Shown in pieces: positions 9,003 to 22,827 of a stretch of DNA of 35,338 nt (positions are counted from its first letter, which is position 1; every line of letters starts with the position of its first letter). Under the pieces are notes generated by a model that did no database searches, was not told the origin of the DNA, and saw only the letters and a program-made list of their open reading frames with translations. The DNA is taken from the NCBI GenBank assembly GCA_964372085.1, contig CAYJPQ010000001.1, positions 2,598 to 37,935 of the forward strand, given 5' to 3'. Position numbers and translations under genes: made by a program. This DNA comes from an uncultured Bifidobacteriaceae bacterium (GTDB taxonomy: Bacteria; Acidobacteriota; Vicinamibacteria; Vicinamibacterales; UBA2999).

Positions 9003-9038
9003 AGGGGCGGGTCTTCGGATCCGCCCCTTTTTCTTTTT
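9003..9038 (+). terminator. Intrinsic terminator with a cUUCGg tetraloop
   Basis: AGGGGCGGGTC-TTCG-GATCCGCCCCT followed by TTTTCTTTTT. Confidence 0.88.
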
Positions 9039-9069
9039 GGGCTATTCTCACGTCAGGAGTTCCCCCGAC

Positions 9070-10728
9070 ATGACGCGGCGAGCCCTCACCCTGTTCGCGG
9101 TCCTGGCCTTCGTTGCGCTCGTGCCGTCCTCGCCGCGCGCGCAGCAGGGCCTGGGCCGGATCGACTTCCCCACCTCGGGCACCGGGGCCGCCCAGGAGGC
9201 CTTCCTCCGCGGCGTGCTCCTCATGCACAGCTTCGAGTACGACGATGCCAAGGAGGCCTTCCTGGAGGCCCAGGAGGCCGACCCGGGCTTTGCCATGGCC
9301 TACTGGGGTGAGGCCATGACCTACAACCACCCCATATGGCAGCAGACGGCCCCCGAGGCGGCCAAGGCCGCCCTGGCCCGCCTGGCGCCCACGGCCGCGG
9401 CCCGCCTGGCCAAGGCGCCCACCGCGCGCGAAAGGGACTGGCTGGCGTCGCTCGAGGCCCTGTACGGCCCCGGCGACGCTTCGACTCCGCTCGGCGCAAG
9501 CAAGCTCGTCCGCGATCGCGCCTATGCCGACCACATGCGCCGCATGCACGAGAAATACCCGGCCGACGATGAGGTCACCGCCTTCTACGCCCTGGCCCTT
9601 CTCGGCGCCAGCCACACCGGCCGCGACTTCGCCATCTACATGCGCGCGGCGGCCCTGCTGGAGGAGGTGTCCGCGAAGAACCCGCTGCACCCCGGCGCCG
9701 CCCACTACCTGATTCACTCGTACGACGACCCCATCCACGCGCCGCTCGGCCTGCGCTACGCCGACGCCTACGCGAAGATTGCGCCCTCGGCGGCGCACGC
9801 CCTCCACATGCCCTCGCACATCTACTTCGCGCTGGGGATGTGGGACGAGGCGTCGCAGCTCAACGAGCGATCGGCCCGGGCCGCCGACGAGCGCGTGGCG
9901 CGAAAGGGCCTGGGCGTGGACAACCGCGGCTTCCACGCCATGCTCTGGCTCGTCTACAGCTACACGCAGCAGGGCCGGTACGACGAGGCCAAGGCGGTGC
10001 TGGCGCAGGTCGAGGCCGATGCCGCCAGGAGCGGGTCGGTGCGGACGCGCAGCCACCTGGCGCTCGCGCGGGCGGCCTGGCTGGTGGAGACGCGGCGATG
10101 GGCCGACGCCAAGGCACCCGTCAGCGCCGCGGGCCTGGGCGCCGAGGCCGCCGCGGCCGACCTGTTTGCCATTGGCTTCGCGGCGCTCAAGACGGGCAAC
10201 GGCATGGGCGCCAACAACGCCCTGCAGCAAATGGCCACGCTGACGGGCGACACCCCGCTCGACCAGCGCCAGGATCACGCGGCCCAGCCCCAGGCCGGGC
10301 TGCCGAGCGGGGGCGCGGGCGGCGACCGCAAGCTGCCCGCGGTGATGGCGCAGCAGCTGGAGGCCGCCCTGCTCTTCGTGGAGGGCCGCCGCGAGGAAGC
10401 GCTGGTGCTGGCCCGCCAGGCGGCGGTGGTGGAAGACAGCGTGTCGTTCGAGTTTGGCCCGCCGGTGCCGGTGAAGCCGGCTCACGAGCTGGTGGGCGAG
10501 ATGCTGATGGACCTGCGGCGGCCGAAGGAGGCGATCCCCGCGTTCGAGGCGTCGCTGAAGAAGGCCCCGGGGCGCGCGCTGTCGCTGCTGGGGCTCGCCC
10601 GGGCCGCCACCGCGGCCCGCGACCAGGCCACCGCCCGCCGCGCCTGGGCCGAGCTGCGTCAGGTGTGGGCCAGGGCCGACAAGACGCTGCCCGAGCTGAA
10701 GGAACTGCCTCGCGTTCCACCGTCGTGA
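9070..10728 (+). CDS. Exported TPR-like repeat protein
   Basis: AGGAG at 9055-9059, signal peptide, and motifs FLRGVLLMHSFEY, DPGFAMAYWG, HPGAAHYLIHSYD and HALHMPSHIY, typical of a widespread TPR family. Confidence 0.85.
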   Translation: MTRRALTLFAVLAFVALVPSSPRAQQGLGRIDFPTSGTGAAQEAFLRGVLLMHSFEYDDAKEAFLEAQEADPGFAMAYWGEAMTYNHPIWQQTAPEAAKAALARLAPTAAARLAKAPTARERDWLASLEALYGPGDASTPLGASKLVRDRAYADHMRRMHEKYPADDEVTAFYALALLGASHTGRDFAIYMRAAALLEEVSAKNPLHPGAAHYLIHSYDDPIHAPLGLRYADAYAKIAPSAAHALHMPSHIYFALGMWDEASQLNERSARAADERVARKGLGVDNRGFHAMLWLVYSYTQQGRYDEAKAVLAQVEADAARSGSVRTRSHLALARAAWLVETRRWADAKAPVSAAGLGAEAAAADLFAIGFAALKTGNGMGANNALQQMATLTGDTPLDQRQDHAAQPQAGLPSGGAGGDRKLPAVMAQQLEAALLFVEGRREEALVLARQAAVVEDSVSFEFGPPVPVKPAHELVGEMLMDLRRPKEAIPAFEASLKKAPGRALSLLGLARAATAARDQATARRAWAELRQVWARADKTLPELKELPRVPPS

Positions 10729-10771
10729 AGCGCCTCAGCGAAGCATCCTCGCGCGGCGCCTTCGTACACCT

Positions 10772-10803
10772 AAAACGGCCGCCCGGGATGCCCCGGGCGG
10801 CCG
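10772..10803 (-). terminator. Intrinsic terminator of the tonB-exbB-exbD-exbD operon (possibly bidirectional)
   Basis: CGGCCGCCCGGG-ATGC-CCCGGGCGGCCG 12-bp stem with a TTTT tail on the minus strand. Confidence 0.7.
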
Positions 10804-10830
10804 CTTGGGTATATAGCGTGGTGGTGCGGG

Positions 10831-11301
10831 TCAGGACGAGCCGGCGCCGCCCGCGGCGCGGCGCATGCCGTCCGTGACGATGCCGACCTTCTCGACGCCC
10901 GCGCCCTTGGCGGCGTCGATCACCTCGACGATGTCGCCGTAGCGCAGCGAGCCGGCGGCGGCGATGAACATCGTCTTGTCCTTCCGCTCCTCGTAGATGG
11001 TGCGGAGGCGGCTTTCGAGATCGGCGACGCTGACGTCCTGCTTGTTGATCGAGATCCGCCTGTCGGCGGTGTACTCGAGCACGATCTGCGAGACGTCGAC
11101 CTGGGTCTGCTCGGCGTTCTTGGTTTCGGCCGGCAGGTTCACGTCGAGGCCACGCTGCGAGAGCGGGAGGGCGGCCATGAAGATGACGAGGAGCACGAGC
11201 AGCACGTCGATCATCGGCGTGATGTTCATGTCCGAGTTGGCTTCGAGCTTCTTGGCGCTGACAACCTTGTCGGCGCCGAGATGATGATGCGCGTGCGACA
11301 T
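10831..11301 (-). CDS. exbD: ExbD/TolR family biopolymer transport protein (copy 2, His-rich N-terminus)
   Basis: MNITPMIDVLLVLLVIFM transmembrane helix with the essential Asp, and LRYGDIVEVIDAAKGAG. Confidence 0.93.
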   Translation of the reverse strand: MSHAHHHLGADKVVSAKKLEANSDMNITPMIDVLLVLLVIFMAALPLSQRGLDVNLPAETKNAEQTQVDVSQIVLEYTADRRISINKQDVSVADLESRLRTIYEERKDKTMFIAAAGSLRYGDIVEVIDAAKGAGVEKVGIVTDGMRRAAGGAGSS

Positions 11302-11302
11302 G

Positions 11303-11740
11303 TCAGTTGCCTCCCGTCTGTCCGGGGCGCACCTTGCGTTCGGTGATGAGCCCCATGTCTTCGATGCCGCTGGCGCGCAGTTCGTCCATCGCGTCCATCA
11401 CGGCGGAGTAGCGGGCGTCCTCATCGGCCTTGATGAGGATGATGCGCTCCTTCTTGGTCTCGAGCACTTCCTCGACCTTCTGGCGCAGTTCCTCGCGGCG
11501 CACGGGCAGGCCGTTGACGAAGTACCGGTCGGCCTTGTCGATGGCGACAACCGTCTGGTCCTGGGTCTCGGGCTTGTCCGTCGTGTTCGCGGCCGAGGGC
11601 ATCTTCACGTCGGCGCCCTTCTGGAGCAGCGGGGCAACGATCATCATGATGATGAGCAGCACCAGCATGACGTCCACGAGGGGCGTGACGTTGATGTCCG
11701 ACTTGATTCCGCCTTTGTTGCCGCCGACATCCATTGACAT
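11303..11740 (-). CDS. exbD: ExbD/TolR family biopolymer transport protein (copy 1)
   Basis: INVTPLVDVMLVLLIIMMI and IKADEDARYSAVMDAMD. SD AGGAG at 11753-11749. Confidence 0.93.
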   Translation of the reverse strand: MSMDVGGNKGGIKSDINVTPLVDVMLVLLIIMMIVAPLLQKGADVKMPSAANTTDKPETQDQTVVAIDKADRYFVNGLPVRREELRQKVEEVLETKKERIILIKADEDARYSAVMDAMDELRASGIEDMGLITERKVRPGQTGGN

Positions 11741-11753
11741 TGCAGTAACTCCT

Positions 11754-11818
11754 GAAGTGAGAGGTGTGAAGTGCGAAGTGAGAAGTCTTCCGACTTCTCA
11801 CTTCCAACTTCTCACTTC
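11754..11818. repeat. Tandem-inverted heptamer array (GAAGTGA)n...(TCACTTC)n
   Basis: About 5 forward and 4 inverted 7-mers around a 4-nt loop, with a perfect 13-bp core stem at 11775-11787/11792-11804. Confidence 0.9.
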
Positions 11819-11820
11819 TA

Positions 11821-12591
11821 TTACGCCGTCTTCTTGATGAAGTAGTCGACCATCTCCGACGAGGAGTTGTCCATCTCCACGTTGAAGAACTCGAGCTTGC
11901 CCGACAGGTAGTTGTAGAACCACACCGCGGGGATCGCCACGAAGAGGCCGAGCGCCGTTTCGACGAGCGCCTCGGCGATACCGGCCGAGACGGCGCCGAT
12001 GCCGCCCGAGCCCGACGAGGCGATGCCGACAAACGCGTTGATGACGCCGACCACCGTGCCGAGCAGGCCCACGAACGGCGCGGTCGCGCCGATGGTGGCG
12101 AGACCCGAGACGCCCTTCTTGAGGTCGTTCGAGGTCAGCGCGGTCGCGCGCTGGATCGAGCGGCGGACGGTGTCGAGCAGGTCTTCACGCGACAGGTTGC
12201 CGCCGCTCTCCTGCTGGAACTGGTATTCCTGGAGGCCGGCGAGCACCACCTTGGCGAGGTGGCTGTAGCGGTATTCCTTGGCCGACGACAGGGCGATGGC
12301 CTCCTTCAGGCGGCCCTCCTTGAGGTGCTTGGCCACGAGGGGCGCGTACATCTTCGACTGCTTGGTCGCCTGGGTGAAGGTGTAGATGCGCTCGACGGCG
12401 ACACCCACCGACCAGAACGACATGATGAAGAGGATCACGGCGACGGCGATCGCCGCGGGACCCATCTGCTCGAACATGTCGATGAGGTCGAGGCCGCCGC
12501 CTTCCTGCGCAAACGCCGGCGTGCTCGCAAGCGTGAGTGCGAAACCCGCAAACGCGATCCGTCCGAACTGAGCCATCTTCCGAACTTCCAT
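11821..12591 (-). CDS. exbB: MotA/TolQ/ExbB proton-channel family protein
   Basis: LATIGATAPFVGLLGTVVG and GIAEALVETALGLFVAIPA. Start placed at ATG12591 after GGAGG. Confidence 0.93.
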   Translation of the reverse strand: MEVRKMAQFGRIAFAGFALTLASTPAFAQEGGGLDLIDMFEQMGPAAIAVAVILFIMSFWSVGVAVERIYTFTQATKQSKMYAPLVAKHLKEGRLKEAIALSSAKEYRYSHLAKVVLAGLQEYQFQQESGGNLSREDLLDTVRRSIQRATALTSNDLKKGVSGLATIGATAPFVGLLGTVVGVINAFVGIASSGSGGIGAVSAGIAEALVETALGLFVAIPAVWFYNYLSGKLEFFNVEMDNSSSEMVDYFIKKTA

Positions 12592-12642
12592 CGCTATCCT
12601 CCAGAAAAGAACGCTACGAACCGTTGACAACCTGTGACGCGC

Positions 12643-13356
12643 CTACTGCAGGGTGAACTGCACCGTGACGGTCATGATGACGGGCACCGGCATGCCGTTG
12701 AGCAGCGTCGGCGTGAACACCCACTGTCGTACCGCGTCGAGCGCCGACTGGTCGAGCAGCGGGATCGAACGGAGCACTTTCGCGTTCTGCACCGTCCCGT
12801 CGGGGCCGATGGTGGCCTCGATGATGACGATACCCTGGACGCGCGCCGACTGGGCGATCGGCGGGTAGACGGGACGCACGTCCTTGGTCTTCTGGGGCGG
12901 TTTGATGTTGCCGCCCACGCGCACCGGCGCCGCCGGCGGCGGCGGGGGGGGCGGGGGCTCGGGAATGCCGCCGGTGATGCCACCGGCAACGCCGCCGATG
13001 ATGCCGCCTTCGACACCCGCGGCGCGCTCGAAGCCGGCTTCGAGGCCGGTTTCAGGCTTGATTTCCGACGGGGCCTCCACGGGCGCCGCGGTCGGGCTGA
13101 CGTCCATGGGCGGCGGCGGCGCCTTCGCCTCGGGTGGAGGCGGGGGCGGCGGGGGCGGTGGCGGCGGCGGCGGAGCCGCGACAAACGCCATCATGGATGG
13201 GGGGGTCGGCAGCATGTCTGCCGCCATCAACGGGATGATGACCATCGCCCCAACGATCACAGCCTGACCGAGCATCGTGAGTGGCACGGTGTACCACATC
13301 TTGTTGCCCATCTTGATCGATGGATCGACGACATCACCAAACATGTCGCGTGGCAC
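12643..13356 (-). CDS. tonB: TonB family energy transducer
   Basis: N-terminal TM helix, polyproline linker and TonB-C domain (PVYPPIAQSARVQGIV...ALDAVRQWVFTP). AGGAGG precedes the GTG. Confidence 0.93.
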   Translation of the reverse strand: MPRDMFGDVVDPSIKMGNKMWYTVPLTMLGQAVIVGAMVIIPLMAADMLPTPPSMMAFVAAPPPPPPPPPPPPPPEAKAPPPPMDVSPTAAPVEAPSEIKPETGLEAGFERAAGVEGGIIGGVAGGITGGIPEPPPPPPPPAAPVRVGGNIKPPQKTKDVRPVYPPIAQSARVQGIVIIEATIGPDGTVQNAKVLRSIPLLDQSALDAVRQWVFTPTLLNGMPVPVIMTVTVQFTLQ

Positions 13357-13396
13357 TGTTCCTCCTGACCTCCCGCAGTGGCGGCGAAGACCGCCG

Positions 13397-13402
13397 ATTA
13401 TA
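13397..13402 (-). promoter_or_regulatory. Consensus -10 element for the tonB operon
   Basis: TATAAT on the minus strand 40 bp upstream of the GTG, followed by a small GGCGG-TCTTCG-CCGCC hairpin. No good -35 seen. Confidence 0.5.
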
Positions 13403-13612
13403 CCCTAGCGTCACGGGGACGCCGTCTACGCCTGGCACCGCCAAACCGGGCCGGTGCTTCTCTTAGACACCGGATCCCAGAATCGGCTCCCGGCGGTTCA
13501 TGCAGCCCGGCGATTTTAGTCGGGCCGCGAGACGCCCGTCAACGGCTGGATCGCAAAAAAGGCATGAATTTCACCGATGCTGACGAACTGTTACAAGTGC
13601 CCCCGGCGGGGC

Positions 13613-13780
13613 GATTACACAGATTGGGGGGTTATCCACAGATGACACGGATTTCACAGATTCACTTCTTTCAAGAATGCCTGGCTCCCTGGCGTCCGAT
13701 AAGCCTGGCTCCCTGGCGTCCGAAAAAATGGAATCTGTGTAATCTGCGTCATCTGTGGATGACCCCATATCTGCGTAATC
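13613..13780. repeat. About 170-bp inverted-repeat element built from CACAGAT/CGCAGAT 9-mers, with an internal 21-bp direct repeat
   Basis: Arms 13628-13663 and 13731-13766 match at 32/36 positions. GCCTGGCTCCCTGGCGTCCGA occurs at 13679-13699 and 13703-13723. Confidence 0.88.
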
Positions 13781-13790
13781 TCCGACCGAA

Positions 13791-16272
<2,482 letters not shown>

Positions 16273-16292
<20 letters not shown>

Positions 16293-16887
16293 CGTGTCCT
16301 GTCCTCGTCCGAAGCCGCGTGGGCAGGGCCATCCCGCCCGTCAGAAACACCCGGATCCCGTCCTCCACCGAGAGGTCGGGAAAACTCACCCGCTCGCGCG
16401 GGACCACCACCACGTCACCCAGGTAGAGGTGATTGGTCGGCACGTACACCGCCACCATCGCCTCTGGCCCCGTGCCGCGGTCGACCGTGAACTCCCGCGT
16501 CAGGAACCCCAGCACCAGGCCGCGCCGGTCGTCCTCGGCGATCACGACCTTCTTGAACCCCGCCTCGTTGTCGGGCGAGAACGCCGCCACCAGCTGCTTG
16601 ACCGGCGCGTACACGGTCTTGAACAGCGGCACGTGCAGCAGCCAGCCCTCGGCCTGCTGCAGCACCCGCCGGCCAATCACGTTGCTCGCCACGGCGCCCA
16701 CCAGCAGGATGGCCGCCGAGGTGATGAGCACCCCGAGCCCCGGCACGTCGCGCCCGAGGAACCGGGTCGAGAACGGCGTCGCCACGCCGTCGACGAACTG
16801 GAACGTCCACACCAGCACCGCCACCGTGAAGAGCAGCGGCACGGTGACGATCAGGCCGGTCAAGAAACTACGACGCAGCCACGACAT
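16273..16887 (-). CDS. DUF502 family membrane protein
   Basis: LRRSFLTGLIVTVPL, VPLFKTVYAPVKQL, VAVYVPT and LSVEDGIRVFLTGG pattern. Confidence 0.85.
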
Positions 16888-16893
16888 CCGGTA

Positions 16894-17703
16894 TCACCCC
16901 GCCAGCAGCCACGCCACCGTGACGCCCGCCAGCAGAAAGCGGTAGGCCGCAAACCCCGTCAGCGTGTGCGCGGCCAGGTAGCGGATGAAGTACTTCACCG
17001 TCAGGTACCCCACCACGCCCGACACGACCACGCCTATCGTAAACAATCCGACCGGCAACCCGTCGACACCCGACTCGGCCAGCGCCAGGCCCTCTTTCGC
17101 CGCCGCCGCCACCACCGCCGGCAGGCTCATGAGGAACGTGAACCGCGCCGCCGACTCGCGCCGCAGGCCCATCAGCATGGCCACCGTCAGCGTGGCGCCC
17201 GATCGCGAGATGCCGGGCGCGAGCGCCGCAGCCTGTGCCAGGCCAATCACGAACGCCTCGCCATAGCCCAGCGTGGACGCCTCGCGGCTGTGCCCGCCCT
17301 TCCATTCCGCCAGCACCAGCCCCGCGCCGCCCAGCGCCAGTGTGACCGCCACCACCGCGGGCGACCGCAGCGTGGTCTCGATCACGTCCGCAAACAGCAC
17401 GCCGATCACGACGATGGGCACGGTGCCCGCGAGGATGAGCCGCCCGAACCGCTCCCAGTCGCCGTCGCGTCCCGCCACGCTGCCCGGCGCCGCCGCCACC
17501 AGTCGCACGATGTCGCGGCGGAAGTAGGCCACCACCGCCAGCAGCGTCCCCACGTGGCACGCCACGTCAAATGCCAGCCCGAACCGCCCCGCATCCCACC
17601 CGAAAAAGGCGCGCGCCAGAATCAGGTGCCCCGAACTCGACACGGGCAGGAACTCGGTGAGTCCCTGCACCACCCCCAACAGCGTGGCCGAGAGCCAGTC
17701 CAC
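16894..17703 (-). CDS. uppP: Undecaprenyl-diphosphate phosphatase (BacA/UppP)
   Basis: LGVVQGLTEFLPVSSSGHL and PGISRSGAT catalytic motifs. Confidence 0.96.
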   Translation of the reverse strand: MDWLSATLLGVVQGLTEFLPVSSSGHLILARAFFGWDAGRFGLAFDVACHVGTLLAVVAYFRRDIVRLVAAAPGSVAGRDGDWERFGRLILAGTVPIVVIGVLFADVIETTLRSPAVVAVTLALGGAGLVLAEWKGGHSREASTLGYGEAFVIGLAQAAALAPGISRSGATLTVAMLMGLRRESAARFTFLMSLPAVVAAAAKEGLALAESGVDGLPVGLFTIGVVVSGVVGYLTVKYFIRYLAAHTLTGFAAYRFLLAGVTVAWLLAG

Positions 17704-17718
17704 CGGGGCGTCCGCTGC

Positions 17719-18648
17719 CTACGACGCCTTGCGCGCGGCCTGCGGGCGGCCCTTGGCCTGCCGGCCGCTGACCAGGATCGCGATCGCCGCCGCGATGAAC
17801 ACCGTCGAGTAGGTGCCGCTCACGATGCCCACCAGCATCGTGAAGGCAAACCCCTCGAGCACCTCGCCGCCGAAGATGTACAGCGACAGCACCGCCAGGA
17901 ACGTGGTGCCCGCCGTGATGACGGTGCGGCTCAGCGTCTGGTTGACGCTCAGGTTCACCACCTGCTCGAGCGGGTCACGCCGCTTGGTGCGCAGGTTCTC
18001 GCGCACGCGGTCGAAGATGACGATGGTGTCGTTCACCGAGTAGCCGGTGATGGTCAGGAGCGCCGCCACCACGTTGAGCGACAGGTCGTAGCCCATGAAC
18101 GTGAGGAAGGCGATCGTCACCAGCACGTCGTGGAGGGTCGCGGCGATGGCGCCAATCGCGAAGGCGAAGCGGAACCGCACGCCGATGTAGAGCGTGATGC
18201 CCACAATCGACGCCAGCGTGGCGTAGATGCCCTTCAGTTGCAGGTCGCGGCCGATCACCGGGCCCACGATTTCCTGGCTGATCACCTCGAACGTGCCGAT
18301 GTTGGCCTTGGTGATGGCGTCCACCACGGCGCGCGCGCCCTGCTCGAGCGAGGCGCCCTCCTCGACCGCAATCTGGGGCAGCCGGACGAGCACCTCGTTG
18401 TTGGCGGCATCACCGTACTGCTGCACCACCTTCTCGCCCGGCAGCGCCGTGTCGAGCGCGGCGCGCACCGCGTCGTCACCAGTCGGCTGCTCGAACTTGA
18501 CCACGACGATCGTGCCGCCCGAGAAGTCGATGCCCAGGGGCAGGCCCTTGGTGGCCACCATGACGAGGCCGGCCACGACGATCAGCGTGGAGAGGGCGAT
18601 GGCGTGCCAGCGCCACTGGATGAAGTTGTAGTGTGCGTTGTTGAACAT
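17719..18648 (-). CDS. secF: Protein translocase subunit SecF
   Basis: LGIDFSGGT, HDV, GYSVNDTIVIFDRVREN and QTLSRTVIT motifs. Confidence 0.96.
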   Translation of the reverse strand: MFNNAHYNFIQWRWHAIALSTLIVVAGLVMVATKGLPLGIDFSGGTIVVVKFEQPTGDDAVRAALDTALPGEKVVQQYGDAANNEVLVRLPQIAVEEGASLEQGARAVVDAITKANIGTFEVISQEIVGPVIGRDLQLKGIYATLASIVGITLYIGVRFRFAFAIGAIAATLHDVLVTIAFLTFMGYDLSLNVVAALLTITGYSVNDTIVIFDRVRENLRTKRRDPLEQVVNLSVNQTLSRTVITAGTTFLAVLSLYIFGGEVLEGFAFTMLVGIVSGTYSTVFIAAAIAILVSGRQAKGRPQAARKAS

Positions 18649-18664
18649 GCTCAGCAGGTCTCGG

Positions 18665-20221
18665 TTAAATGCTCAGCTTCGCCGTCTGGCGGCCCGACAG
18701 CGACAGCTCGAACAGCGTGCGTGACACGAAATACGCCGTGAACACGTTCGACAGCAGCCCGAAGGTGAGGGTCAGCGCAAAGCCCCGGATGGGCCCCGTG
18801 CCGAACTGGAAGAGAAACGCCGCCGAGATGAGCGACGCCACGTGGGTGTCGAGGATGGTCAGCAGCACCCGGTCGAACCCGGCGCCCACGGCCTGCTTCA
18901 CGCCCCTGGCGGTGGCCAGTTCTTCCTTGATGCGCTCGAAGATCAGCACGTTCGAGTCGACGCCCATGCCGATGGTGAGAATGAAGCCCGCAATGCCCGG
19001 CAGCGTCATGGTGGCGCCCGCGTAGGCCATGATGCCCAGCAGCACCGTGAGGTTGATGGCAATCGAGATGAGCGCGTTGATGCCGGCCAGCTTGTAATAG
19101 AACAGCATGAACAGCGTGACCAGCGCGAGGCCGCCCGCGGCCGCGGTCACACCGGCGCGGATGGAGTCGGCGCCGAGCGACGGGCCGACCGTGCGCTCTT
19201 CGAGGTAGGTCAGCGACGCCGGCAGCGCGCCCGACCGGAGCACCAGCGACAGGTCGGTGGCCTCCTGGTTGGTGAAGTTGCCGGTGATGCGCCCCTCGTC
19301 GTCGATCCGCGACTGGATCTGCGGGGCCGACATCACGCGGTTGTCGAGGACAATGGCCAGCTGCCGGCCGATGTTGGCCTGCGTGAACGCGCCGAACTTG
19401 CGGGCGCCCTCGTTGTTGAGCGTGAAGCTCACGGCGGGCCGGCTGTTCTCGTCGAGCGTGGGGCGCGCGTTGCGCAGGTCGCGGCCCGTCACCGCCGGCA
19501 CGCGGCGCAGCGCGTAGTACACCGTCGAAGGCGTCTGCCCGGGCGCCAGGCCCTCGGCGGGTCCCGGCACCAGTTGGATGTCGGACGGCACGTTGCCTGC
19601 GTAGGCCTGCCGCGCCGACGCCTCGTCGGCGAAGGGCCCCTGCTCCACCTGCTTCAGCTCGAGCAGCGCCGTGGAGCGGATGATCTCCTTGGCGCGGTTC
19701 ACGTCGGTCACGCCCGGCAGCTGCACCAGGATCTGGTCGGCCGTGCTGTGCCGCGCCACGATGGGCTCGGCCACGCCCAGCTCGTTGACGCGGCGCTCGA
19801 TGGTCTGCAGCGCCTGGTTCACCGTGTCCTCGCGCAACTGCACGGTGACGTTCGGCTTGAGCTGGAAGGTGTAGCCGGCCACGCCCGACGAGCGGTCGTA
19901 GTTGAGCTCGGCCTCGGTGAGCGACGCGCGGAACTGGGCGTCCTGGTCGGGCGTCACGCCCGACACGGTGAACGAGGTGGCGTTGGCCACCGTCGCCGTG
20001 GCGCCGATGTTCGCCGTGCGCAGTTGCTCACGCAGCCGGTCGGCCGTCGTCTCGGTCTCGAGACGCAGCGCGTCGTCGGTCTGCACCCGCATGACGAGGT
20101 GCACGCCGCCCTTGAGGTCGAGCCCGAGCCGCACCTTCTGGCTTGGCGGATAGAACGACCAGATGGCCAGTGCGACGACGCCGAGAATGAAAAGGGCTTT
20201 CCAACGAAGGTTCTTCGCCAT
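18665..20221 (-). CDS. secD: Protein translocase subunit SecD
   Basis: LGLDLKGGVH, RRVNELGVAEP, VGPSLG and TLPGIAGFILTIGMGVDSNVLIFERIKEE. Start trimmed to MAKNLRW, just after the yajC stop. Confidence 0.96.
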   Translation of the reverse strand: MAKNLRWKALFILGVVALAIWSFYPPSQKVRLGLDLKGGVHLVMRVQTDDALRLETETTADRLREQLRTANIGATATVANATSFTVSGVTPDQDAQFRASLTEAELNYDRSSGVAGYTFQLKPNVTVQLREDTVNQALQTIERRVNELGVAEPIVARHSTADQILVQLPGVTDVNRAKEIIRSTALLELKQVEQGPFADEASARQAYAGNVPSDIQLVPGPAEGLAPGQTPSTVYYALRRVPAVTGRDLRNARPTLDENSRPAVSFTLNNEGARKFGAFTQANIGRQLAIVLDNRVMSAPQIQSRIDDEGRITGNFTNQEATDLSLVLRSGALPASLTYLEERTVGPSLGADSIRAGVTAAAGGLALVTLFMLFYYKLAGINALISIAINLTVLLGIMAYAGATMTLPGIAGFILTIGMGVDSNVLIFERIKEELATARGVKQAVGAGFDRVLLTILDTHVASLISAAFLFQFGTGPIRGFALTLTFGLLSNVFTAYFVSRTLFELSLSGRQTAKLSI

Positions 20222-20225
20222 GTGT

Positions 20226-22823
<2,598 letters not shown>

Positions 22824-22827
<4 letters not shown>

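Noticed and set aside
12930-13180. GGC/GGG-rich low-complexity tracts
   Set aside because: They encode the normal polyproline linker of TonB.
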